From an uncultured Chthonomonadaceae bacterium (GTDB taxonomy: Bacteria > Armatimonadota > Chthonomonadetes > Chthonomonadales > Chthonomonadaceae), in NCBI GenBank assembly GCA_963835065.1, contig CAWIEK010000051.1, forward strand, positions 63,799 through 127,798: a stretch of 64,000 nt of DNA, given 5' to 3'. This document shows positions 11,485 to 21,137 of this stretch, one piece after another. Numbering within the stretch: the first letter of the stretch is position 1; each line of letters opens with the position of its first letter. The position numbers and the translations under genes are program-made. The notes beneath the pieces were generated by a model. It ran no database searches. It was not told the DNA's origin and saw only the letters and a list, made by a program, of their open reading frames with translations.

Positions 11485-11663
11485 GCGCCCACCGGTCAAT
11501 GCCGTTTGTTTATTCGCGCTCGGAGTGGTGGCGCAACGCGAAGCGTCCGTGCAATAACATTTTAATCTTTTTGCGCGGCTATGGTAACGAAGTCCGCCTG
11601 CGCGGACTGACTGGCGGAACCGCGTAATGATTTCGCAGGTTTGCGTTGCGACGGCAATGAGAT

Positions 11664-13142
11664 TCATGGCTGTGTTCCCGTGGGCGGCTGTGTTCCTGTG
11701 GGCGGCTGCGCGTCCTTCTTCTTTTGTGACGCTTTGCGCAGGGCTTCCATGATTTGGCGCATACCCTCAGCGCTGCTGTTGCCCGCGCGTTCCGAGTCTA
11801 CGGTGAAGCCGAGGTAGCACAGGCACATTTCATCCGTCGTTTGTTCGCCCCATTTCACGTCTTTGGGAGGGTTGCTCGGATTGCGCGGGTTGCCTGTTGA
11901 GTTGTCGTAATGGGCGCTGAGATGGATTTGCGTTCCGGCGGGCAGTTTGAGCGGCTGCTTGTAATAATAAAAGCCCTGCCAGTTGAAGTCCCAATCCGGC
12001 ACGTTGACCAGGGTTTTGGCCGTGCCGTCGGGCAGCGTGGCCGTGACCGTCATGGTTCGGCCCAACAGGTGCATGTGTGGAAATATGTCAATCAAGGTAG
12101 CGTCAATGGGTATTTTACCGCCGGGCAGGTCCTGATGTTCCTCGTGATTGCTTTCGCCCGCCGGCACATACATCCTCGTTTGGGCTAAGGGGAGAATATG
12201 AAACGGATGCTCCACTTTCCCTTTGTTGAAGTACACGGCGACCTGTGAGCGATCTGTTTCCGCTTTGCCGTCCCGGTGATAATGTACTTCCAGCACGATG
12301 TCCGCGCCCTTCGGCAGCAGAATCCCTGTATCGGCCGGAAGGTGGTGCGGGGTGGCTCCGGGCGCCCATCCGCCCAACATGCCTGCCGGGAGGAACCCGA
12401 CGCCGCCGAACGTGGTATACCCCGGCCCCAGGTCGGCGTCTTTGGAATTCGCGTTCAGTCTCCGCGCTGTGCCGCTCGTATCCACATAGGCCAGAATGTG
12501 ATGCACGACGGCGCGGTTGCCGGGATGCACGTCAATGGCCGACACCCAGCGGTCTTCGGTAAAGTTGGTGGGAACCACGTAGCAACGGTACACGTCGCGC
12601 CCTTCCGCGCCCACTTTGTATTCCGCCGAAGGCTGCGCGAGCATATCGGGAGCGCCCAACGTCCAGCCGTCCTTGAATTTCGGGGCGGGCGGCAGGTCGG
12701 CGGGGTTGCCTTCTTTTGCGCCCTGATCCACCCACGTTTTAATGAGAGCAATCTGCGCGTCCGTCAAATGCCGCTCGTCCTGAAACTCGCCATGCGAGTC
12801 CGTCTTCCAGGGCGGCATAGCGTGGCTTGCCGTGACCAGCGCGATCTGGCGGGCACGTTTTTGCGCATCTTTGTAAGCCGACAGCGTGAAGGGAGCCACT
12901 TCACCCGGACGATGACAAACGGTGCAGTTCTGGTACACAATCGGCGCAATATCGCGGGTAAACGTCAAAGCGCGTCCCAACGCTGCGCTGCCGTCTTTGT
13001 GTTTTACATCTTTGCGCGTTACGGGCATGGATTTACCGGGCGTATCCGCGTGGGCGGCATAGTGACCTGTCGCCCCTCCCGTCAGGGCAACAGCGGTTAA
13101 TGCAAGCGGCATCAGCAGCCACAATTTTGTCGTCCGAGGCAT
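11664..13142 (-). CDS. Heme-c/copper type II (PHM/DBH-like) monooxygenase-like secreted protein
   Basis: CTVCH, VVHH, EVHYH, FPHMHLLG, TDEMC; SD aaggag before ATG 13142. Confidence 0.85.
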   Translation of the reverse strand: MPRTTKLWLLMPLALTAVALTGGATGHYAAHADTPGKSMPVTRKDVKHKDGSAALGRALTFTRDIAPIVYQNCTVCHRPGEVAPFTLSAYKDAQKRARQIALVTASHAMPPWKTDSHGEFQDERHLTDAQIALIKTWVDQGAKEGNPADLPPAPKFKDGWTLGAPDMLAQPSAEYKVGAEGRDVYRCYVVPTNFTEDRWVSAIDVHPGNRAVVHHILAYVDTSGTARRLNANSKDADLGPGYTTFGGVGFLPAGMLGGWAPGATPHHLPADTGILLPKGADIVLEVHYHRDGKAETDRSQVAVYFNKGKVEHPFHILPLAQTRMYVPAGESNHEEHQDLPGGKIPIDATLIDIFPHMHLLGRTMTVTATLPDGTAKTLVNVPDWDFNWQGFYYYKQPLKLPAGTQIHLSAHYDNSTGNPRNPSNPPKDVKWGEQTTDEMCLCYLGFTVDSERAGNSSAEGMRQIMEALRKASQKKKDAQPPTGTQPPTGTQP

Positions 13143-13183
13143 CACGCGGAACTCCTTGAAAGCAAGCAAACAAAAATGGACAA

Positions 13184-13199
13184 GTAAGTAAACACTTAC
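13184..13199. promoter_or_regulatory. Probable TetR operator palindrome
   Basis: GTAAGT-AAAC-ACTTAC, just downstream of a minus-strand TACAAT (13209-14) and between tetR and the monooxygenase genes. Confidence 0.6.
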
Positions 13200-13267
13200 C
13201 ACATACCTATTGTAACATGAGATTCGCCCAAAGTACACATCTTCCCATTATTTTTTCGGAATTTTGT

Positions 13268-13873
13268 TCAGGAATTTTGCGGCTGAATCCCCGGCAACAC
13301 CACTTGCAGCAGGTTTGCCACGTACTGTGAACGCGCGGATTCCCATTCCATCGGCTCATCGCTCAAGATTCGCTGCAAAAAACCACTGGTAGACGTGGAA
13401 ATAATATCCGTCGCCGCAGCCGCAATGCCGGGTTTCAACTCGCCCCGGTCGCTGCTTTCCTGCAACATGGCATACAGGTAAAGCCCCTGCTTGCCGAACT
13501 CCGCCCACAGGTTTTCATACACGGCCTGATCACGCTTGGGCGTGGTAAAAACCATACGCATAAACGCGCGGTTGTCCCAAAACGCATCCAGATACTGCGT
13601 GATGAACCGTTCCAGCATAGCCTGAACAGGCAGCGAACGCGCTTCTACGGGCAGGGGCAGAAACACGCGCTCCGGCCCGAATTCCACCACAACGGCGCGA
13701 AGTAATTCCTGCTTGGCGCGAAAATGCTTAAACAACAGGGCTTCCGTCACGCCCGAACGCTGCGCAATGGCTTTGGTAGTCGTGCCGTCATAGCCCTGCG
13801 TGGAAAACAGGTCAAGCGCGGCCTGCATCAACGAAAGCCGCCGATCAGCGCCTGTCTGTCGCAATGTCTTCAT
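13268..13873 (-). CDS. TetR/AcrR-family regulator
   Basis: AALDLFSTQGYDGTTTKAIAQRSGVTEALLFKHF HTH. Confidence 0.95.
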   Translation of the reverse strand: MKTLRQTGADRRLSLMQAALDLFSTQGYDGTTTKAIAQRSGVTEALLFKHFRAKQELLRAVVVEFGPERVFLPLPVEARSLPVQAMLERFITQYLDAFWDNRAFMRMVFTTPKRDQAVYENLWAEFGKQGLYLYAMLQESSDRGELKPGIAAAATDIISTSTSGFLQRILSDEPMEWESARSQYVANLLQVVLPGIQPQNS

Positions 13874-13944
13874 GCCTTTCTAAATGACAAGGCAAGGAAC
13901 TCCTCGCGCAGCGTGGTTTGGCCCTGTCATTGTGCTTCTCTACG

Positions 13945-14154
13945 TTACTTTTCCGTGCTAACAGCGTCTACGGATTTGATGCCCTTCGCTCGTTTGTAGT
14001 TGTCTATCGCCCTTTGCCACTCAGGACTAATCTCCTCCGTAGCATTTTCAAATTGGTCGGTAAACCGGCGGATGAGTTCACGCCGACGCTTTGCCTGACG
14101 CTTCCTTGTCTCAGCAAGAGCAGCAATATCGTCTGGTTTAACTTCTACTTCCAT
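13945..14154 (-). CDS. Small hypothetical protein (69 aa)
   Basis: Own promoter TTGACA-16-TATACT (14217-14190) and SD aggaagga upstream of the ATG. Confidence 0.6.
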   Translation of the reverse strand: MEVEVKPDDIAALAETRKRQAKRRRELIRRFTDQFENATEEISPEWQRAIDNYKRAKGIKSVDAVSTEK

Positions 14155-14279
14155 TATTCCTTCCTAAAAATATATAATCGCAATAGTTTAGTATAGCAGA
14201 AGCCATCCAATTGTCAAGGGGTATGCAGAAGAATCTTGCTGTATGGCTCTATTACCGCTGACGCGCTTGATTGAAATGT

Positions 14280-15239
14280 TCAGACATGAATATCTGCGAG
14301 CCATTGCGCCACTGTGATCGTTTCTTGCCAGCCGTCTTCCCCATCCTCCACGCCCCACCAGGCGGAAAGCACAGCCTGCGCGACGCCCCACCCGCGCACC
14401 CGCGCCCGCTCTAATTCCAGTTCCTCCGCCAGTTGATGTACGCGCCGTTCCAACATCTGCTGCGGGCTGTGAATTGTATGGCGGTTCGGCCAGAGATTTC
14501 GCAGGAGCGCTCCCACCTCATACGCCGGTTCGCCCACAAGCCCTTTGGGATCAATCGCCACCCACATTCCGTTTGCCGCTTCTTGTTTCGTTGCGGATTC
14601 TGTTTTTAGAATGTTGTCGTGGTGCAAATCGCCATGCAGCAGTACGGGAAGCGCGGATGACGCCAGCAATTCGGCAAACAGCGTTTCCGCTTCTTCCACA
14701 AGTTTTGTTGGAAACGGCCCGGTTCCACCGTCAAAATGCTGCCGCAATCGTATCATGCCCCGCGCCCAATCCTGAACCGTCGGAAATGCGTGTTCGGACG
14801 GAGTAGGCCGCCACAAACGACGCATCACCCCGGCGGCAATCGAAGTCGCCTGCGCGTCCTGCGCTTCATTCGCCAATGTTGTCAGGGGCGTACCCGGCCC
14901 AAGTCGCTCCAGCAGCATCGCGCCCAACCCGCTGTCCGCTTCCAATAATCGGACACTGCCTCTGCCATCGTAAACGCGCAGCGCTTCCATTTCCGACCAC
15001 AGTTCTTTATGAGGAACCCCGATCTTCAACACCGCGTCCGCGCCGTCCGCTCTTCTGACAGGCGTGACATAGTTGTACGACAGGTTCGGAAACGGCGGCA
15101 AAATCGTCAGCGCCCATCGCTCCGCGCACTCGTCCAGCAATGTAGGCAGCATTGCCAACCACGCGCTTCCCTTCTCGCTAAAAACTCCTTCAATCGTCCG
15201 CGTGAACGATAATGGCAAGTTCAGCGCTTCTCGTGTCAT
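14280..15239 (-). CDS. Aminoglycoside/hydroxyurea phosphotransferase, APH(6)-like
   Basis: AVLKIG, LLERL, LLHGDLHHDNIL, AIDPKGLVGEPAYE. Confidence 0.9.
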   Translation of the reverse strand: MTREALNLPLSFTRTIEGVFSEKGSAWLAMLPTLLDECAERWALTILPPFPNLSYNYVTPVRRADGADAVLKIGVPHKELWSEMEALRVYDGRGSVRLLEADSGLGAMLLERLGPGTPLTTLANEAQDAQATSIAAGVMRRLWRPTPSEHAFPTVQDWARGMIRLRQHFDGGTGPFPTKLVEEAETLFAELLASSALPVLLHGDLHHDNILKTESATKQEAANGMWVAIDPKGLVGEPAYEVGALLRNLWPNRHTIHSPQQMLERRVHQLAEELELERARVRGWGVAQAVLSAWWGVEDGEDGWQETITVAQWLADIHV

Positions 15240-15362
15240 TCACACCACTTCCTTTTTGTATCCTTTGCTTTCATTCGCCAATGTAACCGACAGACATCGT
15301 AATGCGGTGCAGCCATCAGACTATTCACGTTCATTCGCGTTCATTCGCGGCTATTCTCTTTA

Positions 15363-16364
15363 CTAATTTCCCGAAACGGTATCCACCCGCGCGAACAACT
15401 GTTTCAGCCGTTCCGTCGTGGCCGGGGAAAGCGGCGGCAGGTTCAGCGCCATCGCGTTCGCTTTGAGATGCTCCACGTTTCCCGTTCCCGACAGCACCAC
15501 GTCTATGCCCGGTTCCCACCGGCAAAACCGATACGCGGCTTCCGGGATGCTTTCCGCTTCGCCGTCTTCCAGCAGAAAACCAAGCGGATTGTCACTGCTT
15601 GCGTCTGTGTCCGAATCAGCGTCGGAGTCAGCATTTGAATTAGCAGCCGTTTGTGGCGGCAGTTGAGAAGCGTCCACAAGGTGCTGTTCGACCAGTTCGC
15701 GCAGCAGTTCGCGCAGGGCGTCCGGCTGACTGAGGGCGCGTCGCACGGCGAACATGCACAGCGTCCCGACGTTCTGCGCCTGCGTGATCGCCAGCACCCG
15801 GCTGCGCGCCGATTGGTTGAGCAGGTTGAAGCCCACCATGACCACATCCCAGCAGTCGTCTTCCAATGCCCGCGACAGCATCCGATGCCCGGTATCGGAA
15901 ATAAACGCCTCCGTAATCCCGATATAGCGAATTTTGCCTGCCGCCTTCAAATCCTGCAGCGCGGGCAGCAGTTCCTGCGAAGCGTACAAATAGTCCTCGC
16001 GGGACACGCCGTGCAAATGAAACACGTCTACATACTCCGTCCGCAAGCGCTGTAAACTCGCGTGAACGCGCTTGATTATTTCCGGCCCGGTCGCCTTGCG
16101 CCCCTGCCACCCGACGCCCGCTTTCGTGGAAACAATCACCTGTTCGCGGGGCGTATCCACCAGCGCGCGCCCCACAACATCTTCCGTTCCATACGACTCC
16201 GCCGTATCTATGAAGTTGATACCAAGCGCCAATGCTTCCCGCACCACCCGCTCGGCTTCCTCAAACGTGCCGCCCGTTGCCAGTCCCAGGCGGCTGTGTC
16301 CGCCGCATCCCAATCCCATCCGGCTGACGCGCAAGCCCGCGCGTCCCAGCGTCGCATACTCCAT
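15363..16364 (-). CDS. Aldo/keto reductase
   Basis: LGRAGLRVSRMGLG, FIDTAESYG, VSTK, SLQRLRTEYVDVFHLH. Confidence 0.95.
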   Translation of the reverse strand: MEYATLGRAGLRVSRMGLGCGGHSRLGLATGGTFEEAERVVREALALGINFIDTAESYGTEDVVGRALVDTPREQVIVSTKAGVGWQGRKATGPEIIKRVHASLQRLRTEYVDVFHLHGVSREDYLYASQELLPALQDLKAAGKIRYIGITEAFISDTGHRMLSRALEDDCWDVVMVGFNLLNQSARSRVLAITQAQNVGTLCMFAVRRALSQPDALRELLRELVEQHLVDASQLPPQTAANSNADSDADSDTDASSDNPLGFLLEDGEAESIPEAAYRFCRWEPGIDVVLSGTGNVEHLKANAMALNLPPLSPATTERLKQLFARVDTVSGN

Positions 16365-16584
16365 TTCCGCTCTCCTCACAACTTATACCCGTGTACGAAA
16401 CGGTTTCTACGCGCAGTTTACCCGTTGTCGTGAGTTCATGGGGCTATTTATGCAACTGCTTTGCAAAATTTACGGCGGCACGGCTTTACAAATGCCCGCC
16501 ACTTTGCTATACTGTGCTTGTTCCCCTTCCCCTGCTTTGCAGCCGCCTGCTTTACAGCCGCCTGCTATGACAAGGAGCCACCAC

Positions 16585-17874
16585 ATGAATAAGCCTCGTT
16601 TCCAACGTCTGCGCGCGTTTGCCGGGTGTGCCGCGCTGCTGCTTTCCCCTGCCCTCACCGGATGTGGCACAAGCAATTCTAATGATACCGCTTCGGGCGC
16701 AAATCTGCCCCGCGCTGTCGCCGACGCCAGACAGCGCAATACGCCCGTTGACGCCACTCTCGTCAGCCGGGACAACGCCTTCGGCTTCACTCTCTTCGAT
16801 ACCCTGCGCGGCAATCAAGCAAGCAGCAACGCTTTCATTTCCCCAGTCAGTTTATCCCTCGCCCTGCAAATCCTGTACAACGGCGCGAACAGCAGCACAC
16901 AGCAGGCAATGGCAACCACGCTGCAATTATCCGGCCTGTCCGTTTCCGACCTTAACAACGCCAACGCCGCGCTGCAGGCCAGCCTTGTCAGCCCGGACGC
17001 GCAGGTGCAATTGACCGTCGCCAATTCCCTGTGGACGCGGGACGGCGCTGTTGTTTCCGCTTTTGTACAGGCCAATCAAACCTACTACGGGAGCAAACTC
17101 GGCAGCACAACGGGCGCTCCCGCCAATGTCAACGCCTGGGTCAACGCGCAGACACAGGGGCGCATTGCCACCATTCTGCCGGACGGCGATTACTCGCGCA
17201 CCATCGCTATCATTGCCAATGCCGTGTACTTCAAAGGCAAATGGACCGACAAGTTCGATGTTGCCAACACGCAAACGGCCACGTTTACTCTTCCTGACGG
17301 CAGCACACAATCGTGCCAACTGATGACCCGTACCGGCGGCTATGACTACTTTGCGGGCAGTAATTTCCAGATGGCGCGTCTGCCCTACGGCTCCAAACGC
17401 CTGAGCATGATCGTTCTTGTACCCAATCCAGGCATTGATTTGAACACGGTACTGGCAGGCGCAAACGCGCAAACCTGGGCAGGCTGGGTCGCGCAGCTAA
17501 AACCTTCCAATGGAACCGTGCAGTTGCCCCGCTTCACGTCCGCTTACGCCGCCGATCTCAAATCCCCGCTCACCGCGCTTGGCATGGGCATCGCCTTCGA
17601 TCCCAATGCCGCCGATTTCAGCGGACTGGCCGTTCCTTCTGTCGGCAGAGCGTACATCTCCGCCGCGTACCACAAAACCTACGTAAAGGTAGACGAAGAA
17701 GGCACGGAAGCCGCCGCCGCAACGGGCATTGTCGTTTCGGCGGGTGGGGCGTTAGCGCCGGAGTTTACCATCCGCATGGATCACCCGTTCTTTTACGCCA
17801 TTCGTGACGATCAAACCGGCATCCTGCTGTTCATGGGACTGCTCGCCAACCCAAATGTGGACACCGCCGGGTAA
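16585..17874 (+). CDS. Serpin-family lipoprotein
   Basis: Lipobox LTG-C, NAFISPVS, NAVYFKGKW, VDEEGTEAAAAT hinge, MDHPFFYAI. Confidence 0.95.
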   Translation: MNKPRFQRLRAFAGCAALLLSPALTGCGTSNSNDTASGANLPRAVADARQRNTPVDATLVSRDNAFGFTLFDTLRGNQASSNAFISPVSLSLALQILYNGANSSTQQAMATTLQLSGLSVSDLNNANAALQASLVSPDAQVQLTVANSLWTRDGAVVSAFVQANQTYYGSKLGSTTGAPANVNAWVNAQTQGRIATILPDGDYSRTIAIIANAVYFKGKWTDKFDVANTQTATFTLPDGSTQSCQLMTRTGGYDYFAGSNFQMARLPYGSKRLSMIVLVPNPGIDLNTVLAGANAQTWAGWVAQLKPSNGTVQLPRFTSAYAADLKSPLTALGMGIAFDPNAADFSGLAVPSVGRAYISAAYHKTYVKVDEEGTEAAAATGIVVSAGGALAPEFTIRMDHPFFYAIRDDQTGILLFMGLLANPNVDTAG

Positions 17875-17900
17875 ATAGTTGATAGTTGATAGTTGATAGT
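17875..17900 (+). repeat. 7-mer tandem repeat (GATAGTT)n
   Basis: atagttgatagttgatagttgatagt directly after the serpin stop. Confidence 0.8.
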
Positions 17901-17967
17901 CATGTGGGAACTACAGACTTTCAGCGCCCCGCCGCTTAGACCCTGTTTAAAAGAACATGGAGCCTCC

Positions 17968-18402
17968 ATGAACCGTAATATGGCGCTGTTTGCCCGTTTC
18001 GTTGTCGCGCTGACGTGGCTTTACGAAGGCTTGTGGCTCAAACTGTACAGGCAAAGTCCTGAAGAACTGCGCGTTGTGAGCGCGGTTTTTGCGCGTTCCT
18101 CTTCCTCGTTCGCGCCGCTCAATCTGCTGCGCGGCATCGGCTGCGTGGAAGTGATGCTTGCCTTCGGCGTTTTGTCCGGGTGGAAGCCCCGGTTTCTGGC
18201 GGGCGTTCAAATCCTGCTCCTCGTAACGACAGAAAGCGTGGGAATTGCTCTGGGCAAGGGCGCGATTGCCGACCCCGCCGCTCTGATTGTTCACGCCCTG
18301 CCGTTCCTGTTTTGCATCCTCTTCCTCGGCCAATTCGACAATCCCCCCAAAGGCGCGGGCCGCAAAACTACAGCAGGCAGCAAGAAAAACACGGCTTCTT
18401 AA
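17968..18402 (+). CDS. DoxX-like membrane protein
   Basis: VALTWLYEGLWLKL, IGCVEVMLAFGVL; four hydrophobic segments. Confidence 0.75.
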   Translation: MNRNMALFARFVVALTWLYEGLWLKLYRQSPEELRVVSAVFARSSSSFAPLNLLRGIGCVEVMLAFGVLSGWKPRFLAGVQILLLVTTESVGIALGKGAIADPAALIVHALPFLFCILFLGQFDNPPKGAGRKTTAGSKKNTAS

Positions 18403-18420
18403 AGCGCTTAAATAATTATA

Positions 18421-18449
18421 TTGACATAACTATCCTATTTTGATATAAT
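18421..18449 (+). promoter_or_regulatory. Consensus sigma70 promoter
   Basis: TTGACA-17-TATAAT with extended -10 TG. Confidence 0.85.
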
Positions 18450-18599
18450 GGGGATGCCTGTTCTATATACCGGCAGAACATTTCTAAAACCGGCGGAATG
18501 GGGAAGCGTCGCTTTTGCCGACAGCAGCGTTCAAAGCCGAACGACGATCCCACAAACCGACCGGTACGCGCTTTGCGCGCATCCCCGCAGGAGGATACA

Positions 18600-19184
18600 A
18601 TGACTGACGACTTCGGGATTGACCCCGACAAAGTTTTCAAAAACGACGGTGATGGCAACCCGGCATTCTGGACGATTTTCCCCGATCACTTTCATGGCAA
18701 AGTGGTTGCCGCTCTGGTGACGGACACGGCGATTACGGCCAGCATTCAGGCGAAATTCAATGATCCCAATGATGATCAGAAGCGCCTGGAGGCCATAGAC
18801 CACATCAACAAGGCCACTGTCAACTGCATCGGACAGCACCTCTTCAATCAGCCGTTAAAGCCGGAAGCGGAGACTTTTTCCGTCTACAACCTGCTGACGA
18901 CGGGAACCAAGAACGACATTGACACGATCATCGGCACTTCCGACGAGGACGGGAGTGGCAAGCCCAAAAACTTTCTCCTGCACAACGCCTTTGCGCAGAA
19001 GGATACTCACGAGGTCATCGCCGTTGTGAGTCGGCAGGTTGGCCGCGCGCTCTTTCAGGCGTCCTTGCATCAGGCCGTCAAGAAGTTCTCCAATCCGCTT
19101 GAATTCCTGAACACACTCAAAACCGCCTTAAAAGCCGAATTGAACAAGCGCCTCGGCGGCTTCTCTATTCCCGGCCTTGGCTAA
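18600..19184 (+). CDS. Hypothetical cytoplasmic protein (194 aa)
   Basis: SD aggagg before ATG 18600; C-ending codon bias; bracketed by a promoter and a terminator. Confidence 0.8.
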   Translation: MTDDFGIDPDKVFKNDGDGNPAFWTIFPDHFHGKVVAALVTDTAITASIQAKFNDPNDDQKRLEAIDHINKATVNCIGQHLFNQPLKPEAETFSVYNLLTTGTKNDIDTIIGTSDEDGSGKPKNFLLHNAFAQKDTHEVIAVVSRQVGRALFQASLHQAVKKFSNPLEFLNTLKTALKAELNKRLGGFSIPGLG

Positions 19185-19195
19185 ACTCCCTGTGT

Positions 19196-19247
19196 AAGAG
19201 AGCCGTGTCTTGCGCAATCCGTAACCGCAAGACAACGGCTCTTTTTT
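19196..19247 (+). terminator. Intrinsic terminator
   Basis: agagccg.gtcttgcg ... cgcaagac.cggctct followed by a T run. Confidence 0.75.
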
Positions 19248-19321
19248 CATGCGCCGCAAATCGTTGTTCAGCAGGCATACAGCCCACTTTGTGAAAAAAT
19301 GTTCAGAGTCGCAATGCAGTG

Positions 19322-19350
19322 TTGATTTCATGCGTAGGGATAGGTATACT
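19322..19350 (+). promoter_or_regulatory. Probable promoter of the ubiD-like gene
   Basis: TTGATT-17-TATACT. Confidence 0.55.
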
Positions 19351-19500
19351 CTTGCTCAAAGCGCCGCTTTAGAGCCTCTCCCGCCAGGCGCGGCATTTGC
19401 GTCCGCAGGACGCTTGTACTTTCCTGCCGGGGATTGCAAAGCCCCGGCAAATTGGAAAAGGCGTTCGCTTTGAGCTGATTTATGCAGGAAAGAGGGCAGC

Positions 19501-20961
19501 ATGGCCTACGCCGACTTTCAAGATTTTCTCAACAAGCTGGAACGCGCCGGCGAACTGAAGCGCATTGCCCTGCCCGTTGATCCCTATCTGGAGATTACGG
19601 AAGTGGCGGATCGCGTGATGAAAATGCCGGATGGCGGCCCCGCCCTGCTGTTTGAACACCCTACCGGCAAAAACATCCCCCTCGCTATCAACGTTTTCGG
19701 GTCGCGCAAGCGCATGAGCATGGCGCTAGGCGTTCCTGACATTGAAGACATCGCCTGCGAAATCGAAGACCTGCTCAAGCCCGAAGTGCCGTCCGGCGGC
19801 CTGCTCGGAGCCGCCCGCGAGTTCTGGCCCAAACTGCAAACCCTGCTCAAAGTGCCGCCCCGCCACGACAAGGGGAGCGGCAGGTGTCAGGAAGTGGTTC
19901 AATTGGGCGACGACGTTGATCTGGACAAACTTCCCATTCTGCACTGCTGGCCGCAGGATGGCGGGCGCTACATCACGCTGCCCCTTGTGTTCACGAATGA
20001 CCCGAACACGGGCAAGCGCAACGTCGGCATGTACCGCGTTCAGGTGTTCGACAAGCGCACAACGGGCATGCACTGGCAGATGCACAAGGTTGGCGCGGAA
20101 CATGCGCGGGGTTACGAGGCCAAAAAGCAGAAGATTGATGTGGCGATTGTGCTTGGCGGCGACCCGGCTCTCACGTATGCCGCCACCGCGCCCCTTCCGC
20201 CCGGCATTGACGAAATGCTGTTTGCGGGTTTTCTGCGCAAAAGTCCTGTACACCTGGTGAAAGCCAAAACCGTTGACATCGAGGTTCCCGAAGACGCCGA
20301 GTTTGTCATTGAAGGACAGATTGACCCCACTGAGCGCCGCATGGAAGGACCGTTCGGCGACCATACCGGCTATTACTCGCTGGCCGATATGTACCCCGTC
20401 GTTCACGTCACGGCAATCACGCACCGGCGCAGTCCCGTGTATCCCTGCACCATTGTCGGCCCGCCCCCGATGGAAGACGGCTGGCTCGGCAAGGCGACGG
20501 AGCGCTTGTTTTTGCCCCTGCTGCGCCTGACCCTGCCCGAAGTCGTGGACATGAACCTCCCCGTCGAGGGCATTTTCCACAACATTGCCCTGATTTCTAT
20601 TAAGAAGCGGTATCCCGGCCACGCCTTCAAAGTCATGCACGCGCTGTGGGGATTGGGACAGGCGATGTTCACCAAAATGATTTTCGTATTCGACGCCGAT
20701 GTGGACGTGCAGAACGTAAAAGAATGTTTATGGCGATTGGGCAACAACATTGACCCCGAACGCGATATGCAGCTTGTGCGCGGCCCGGTTGACGTGCTGG
20801 ACCATGCCAGCCGTTCCCTCGGTTTCGGTTCTAAAATCGGCTTCGACTGTACGCGCAAACTGCCCGCCGAAGGCTTCGAGCGCGAATGGCCGGACGTAAT
20901 CACGATGGATGCGGAAGTCAAAACGCGCATAGACGCGCTGTGGAGCAAGTTAGGGCTTTAA
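19501..20961 (+). CDS. ubiD: UbiD-family decarboxylase (menaquinone biosynthesis, MqnL-type)
   Basis: NVGMYRVQ, EGPFGDHTGYY, GPPPMED, GPVDVLDH, KIGFDCTRK; clustered with ubiX/ubiA/mqnA. Confidence 0.93.
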   Translation: MAYADFQDFLNKLERAGELKRIALPVDPYLEITEVADRVMKMPDGGPALLFEHPTGKNIPLAINVFGSRKRMSMALGVPDIEDIACEIEDLLKPEVPSGGLLGAAREFWPKLQTLLKVPPRHDKGSGRCQEVVQLGDDVDLDKLPILHCWPQDGGRYITLPLVFTNDPNTGKRNVGMYRVQVFDKRTTGMHWQMHKVGAEHARGYEAKKQKIDVAIVLGGDPALTYAATAPLPPGIDEMLFAGFLRKSPVHLVKAKTVDIEVPEDAEFVIEGQIDPTERRMEGPFGDHTGYYSLADMYPVVHVTAITHRRSPVYPCTIVGPPPMEDGWLGKATERLFLPLLRLTLPEVVDMNLPVEGIFHNIALISIKKRYPGHAFKVMHALWGLGQAMFTKMIFVFDADVDVQNVKECLWRLGNNIDPERDMQLVRGPVDVLDHASRSLGFGSKIGFDCTRKLPAEGFEREWPDVITMDAEVKTRIDALWSKLGL

Positions 20962-21032
20962 AGGACTTTCACCAAAATGAGTGTTCCGGTCGCAGACCGG
21001 CCAGAGTGAACGTTTATTTTGGTGAAAGTCCC
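20962..21032. repeat. Long imperfect inverted repeat (terminator or MITE-like)
   Basis: ggactttcaccaaaat ... attttggtgaaagtcc. Confidence 0.7.
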
Positions 21033-21137
21033 TGACAGGAGTTTGCGGCAGAATTGCGCGATGAAGCGAGGGTTTGCCTGACGGACGTTTATTTGGTACA
21101 ATAAACCAAGAAAAACTCATAAGCAGCCAATAATGGT

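Noticed and set aside
14280..15239. Acquired streptomycin resistance gene strB
   Set aside because: Family motifs only, with no mobile context. Chromosomal APH(6)-like kinases are common, so no gene symbol was assigned.
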